Below, piece after piece: positions 30,458-32,000 of a stretch of 32,000 nucleotides of DNA (positions are counted from its first letter, which is position 1; every line of letters starts with the position of its first letter). The translations under genes were made by a program, and so were the position numbers. This DNA comes from Zygophlyctis sp. KS116. Taxonomy: Eukaryota; Fungi; Chytridiomycota. The notes under the pieces were generated by a model, which did not search any database, had not been told where the DNA came from, and was given only the letters and a program-made list of their open reading frames with translations. The stretch covers positions 30,001 to 62,000 of the forward strand of contig BAAFSQ010000010.1 in assembly GCA_054661495.1 (NCBI GenBank), written 5' to 3'.

Positions 30458-32000
30458 ATGACAATCACTCGACCAGCCTCGATCTTATCCATTCCTGTGT
30501 ATGAGGAATGGGATCATCAGGGGTTCAAAATGAAAGATGATCTATCACTGGAGCCGCTATACAATCCCCTAGAAATATCCAGTGATAATCCAGAAAATGA
30601 CATTGACCCAAGCGATGTTGACACAAAGGAACTGGTTGGTTGGTATTCTTACGGTTTTGCTGCAGAAGGTTTTGCGTAAGTTTTTAAAGGTCCTTATGTC
30701 TAGTGTTGTATCATTGGCCTTTTTAATCCCAATAATTTTAGAGCAATCAGTTGAATCTATCAGTTTTGAATTAGATAATCTCTCAATTCCATGCCAATCA
30801 GCTTCGGCTGATATAAAATGTGCTTTTAAATGGGGGAGTATTTGGATTGATACAACTGCTTATTCTTTTTATGTCAATGCTGTAGGGGTTGCTGCACAGG
30901 CATTGATTTTAATTGGAATGGGATCACTGGCTGACCATGGATCTGCAAGGAAATCTTTGATGCTTACTTTTGGCATATTGGGTGGTTTATCCACATTATG
31001 CTTTATGTTTTTTAAAGATGCATCGCTATTTTGGGTTATTGCTTTATTATCTATTTTTTCAAATATTTGCTTTGGGACAAGTTGGGTTTTTTATAATGCA
31101 TACCTTCCCGTACTTACTAGACACCATAGGAAAGTTAAGCAGGCATATAAAGATGATCCGGCAAGTATTACTGCCATCTCTGACAAGATCGCAAATAGAT
31201 TGTCAGCTAATGCATTTGGCTATGGGTACTCTGGTGGGATTTTGGCATTATTATGCACTGTAGCAATATTATTCAATATAGAAGGGGACTCATTATCAAA
31301 ACTTTCAATTGCTGTTAGCTTCACTGGGGCGTGGTGGCTCTTTTTCTTGATAATTTCGGTTGTGTATTTAAAGTCCAGACCAGGACCGCCTTTGCCAGAA
31401 GATGAAAGTTTTTTCATTTATTCCTACAAAAGAGGTAATTGAAGATAAAGTTTATCCTACTAGTATATCAGACTCTTCGAAAGGCCTCTAGATTTGCGGA
31501 AATAATGAAATATTTATCTGCATGGTTGTTGCTAAGTGACTCGGTTAATACGATTATCGTAGTTGCTGTAATTTTTGCGAAGACTGTTCTCGGTGCCTCT
31601 ATTGAAACATTAATTTCCCTTTGCGGTCTGGTGCCCCTAAGTGCAATTTTTGGCGCATGTAAGATTATTTATTTTTTTAAATAAAGATGGTTTTCTGCTG
31701 ATAAAAAAGTGGTTTTCTTTCCAGACCAAAACAATGATCATCATCGTGGTATCGCTGCAAATACTGCTGCCTCTCTATGGTATTTTAGGGCTTTTTGCCC
31801 CCTTTGGTTTAGTTCATCAATGGGAACTATGGCTTGTCGCTATATATCATGGAATGCTCTTAGGAGCGATGCAGAGTTTCTCCAGAGTGTTTTATTCAGA
31901 GATGCTTCCTAAAGGAAGGTATTTCTATTCATATATTTAAAAATTATAGAGAGGCAGAGTTTTTCTCATTATATGCTCTTACAGACAAAGGTGCGTCTTG
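30458..32000 (+). CDS. ATG22: Vacuolar amino-acid efflux MFS transporter ATG22 (3'-truncated by window)
   Basis: KELVGWYSYGFAAE, FIPIILEQ-like FLIPIILEQ, GSLADHG, FYNAYLPVL, LKSRPGPPLP, GREAEFFSLYALTDKG. Introns 30676-30703, 31435-31463, 31659-31686, 31919-31949. Confidence 0.93.

Noticed and set aside
1-32000. Alternative genetic code, stop read-through or selenoproteins as the cause of ORF fragmentation
   Set aside because: Every break in an intact gene is resolved by a GT-AG micro-intron under the standard code; no in-frame TGA at a conserved Cys position was seen.
8702-32000. Functional clustering (VTC1 with PHO80-like cyclin; ATG18 with ATG22; mitochondrial genes)
   Set aside because: Genes are interspersed with unrelated ones, and the co-occurrence is plausible by chance at this gene density.

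Overview
Eukaryotic, AT-rich and very compact nuclear DNA. It is most likely from a zoosporic (chytrid-type) fungus. This is an inference from fungal-type ATG22, VTC1 and PCL-cyclin genes, flagellar-associated TTC12, SAS-6-like and cNMP-binding genes, and a retained complex I subunit. By hand I reconstructed about 26 protein genes, one tRNA-Pro(TGG) and an aconitase pseudogene fragment. The ORF track is fragmented because genes carry about 60 GT-AG introns, all 24-34 nt long. Several co-directional genes lie only 6-20 bp apart. Main observations: (1) a gene encoding two tandem SAS-6-like (SAS6L) modules; (2) uniformly tiny introns with an apparent floor near 24 nt and frequent AAG acceptors; (3) long multi-helix fold-back elements at gene 5' ends, strongest over the COQ3 start codon; (4) a rearranged tRNA-Pro locus with an inverted tRNA 3' half between direct repeats, next to a decayed aconitase piece; (5) two microproteins, one with a PIP-degron-like motif and one Cys-rich. 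All family assignments come from motif recognition by eye; no database searches were run.
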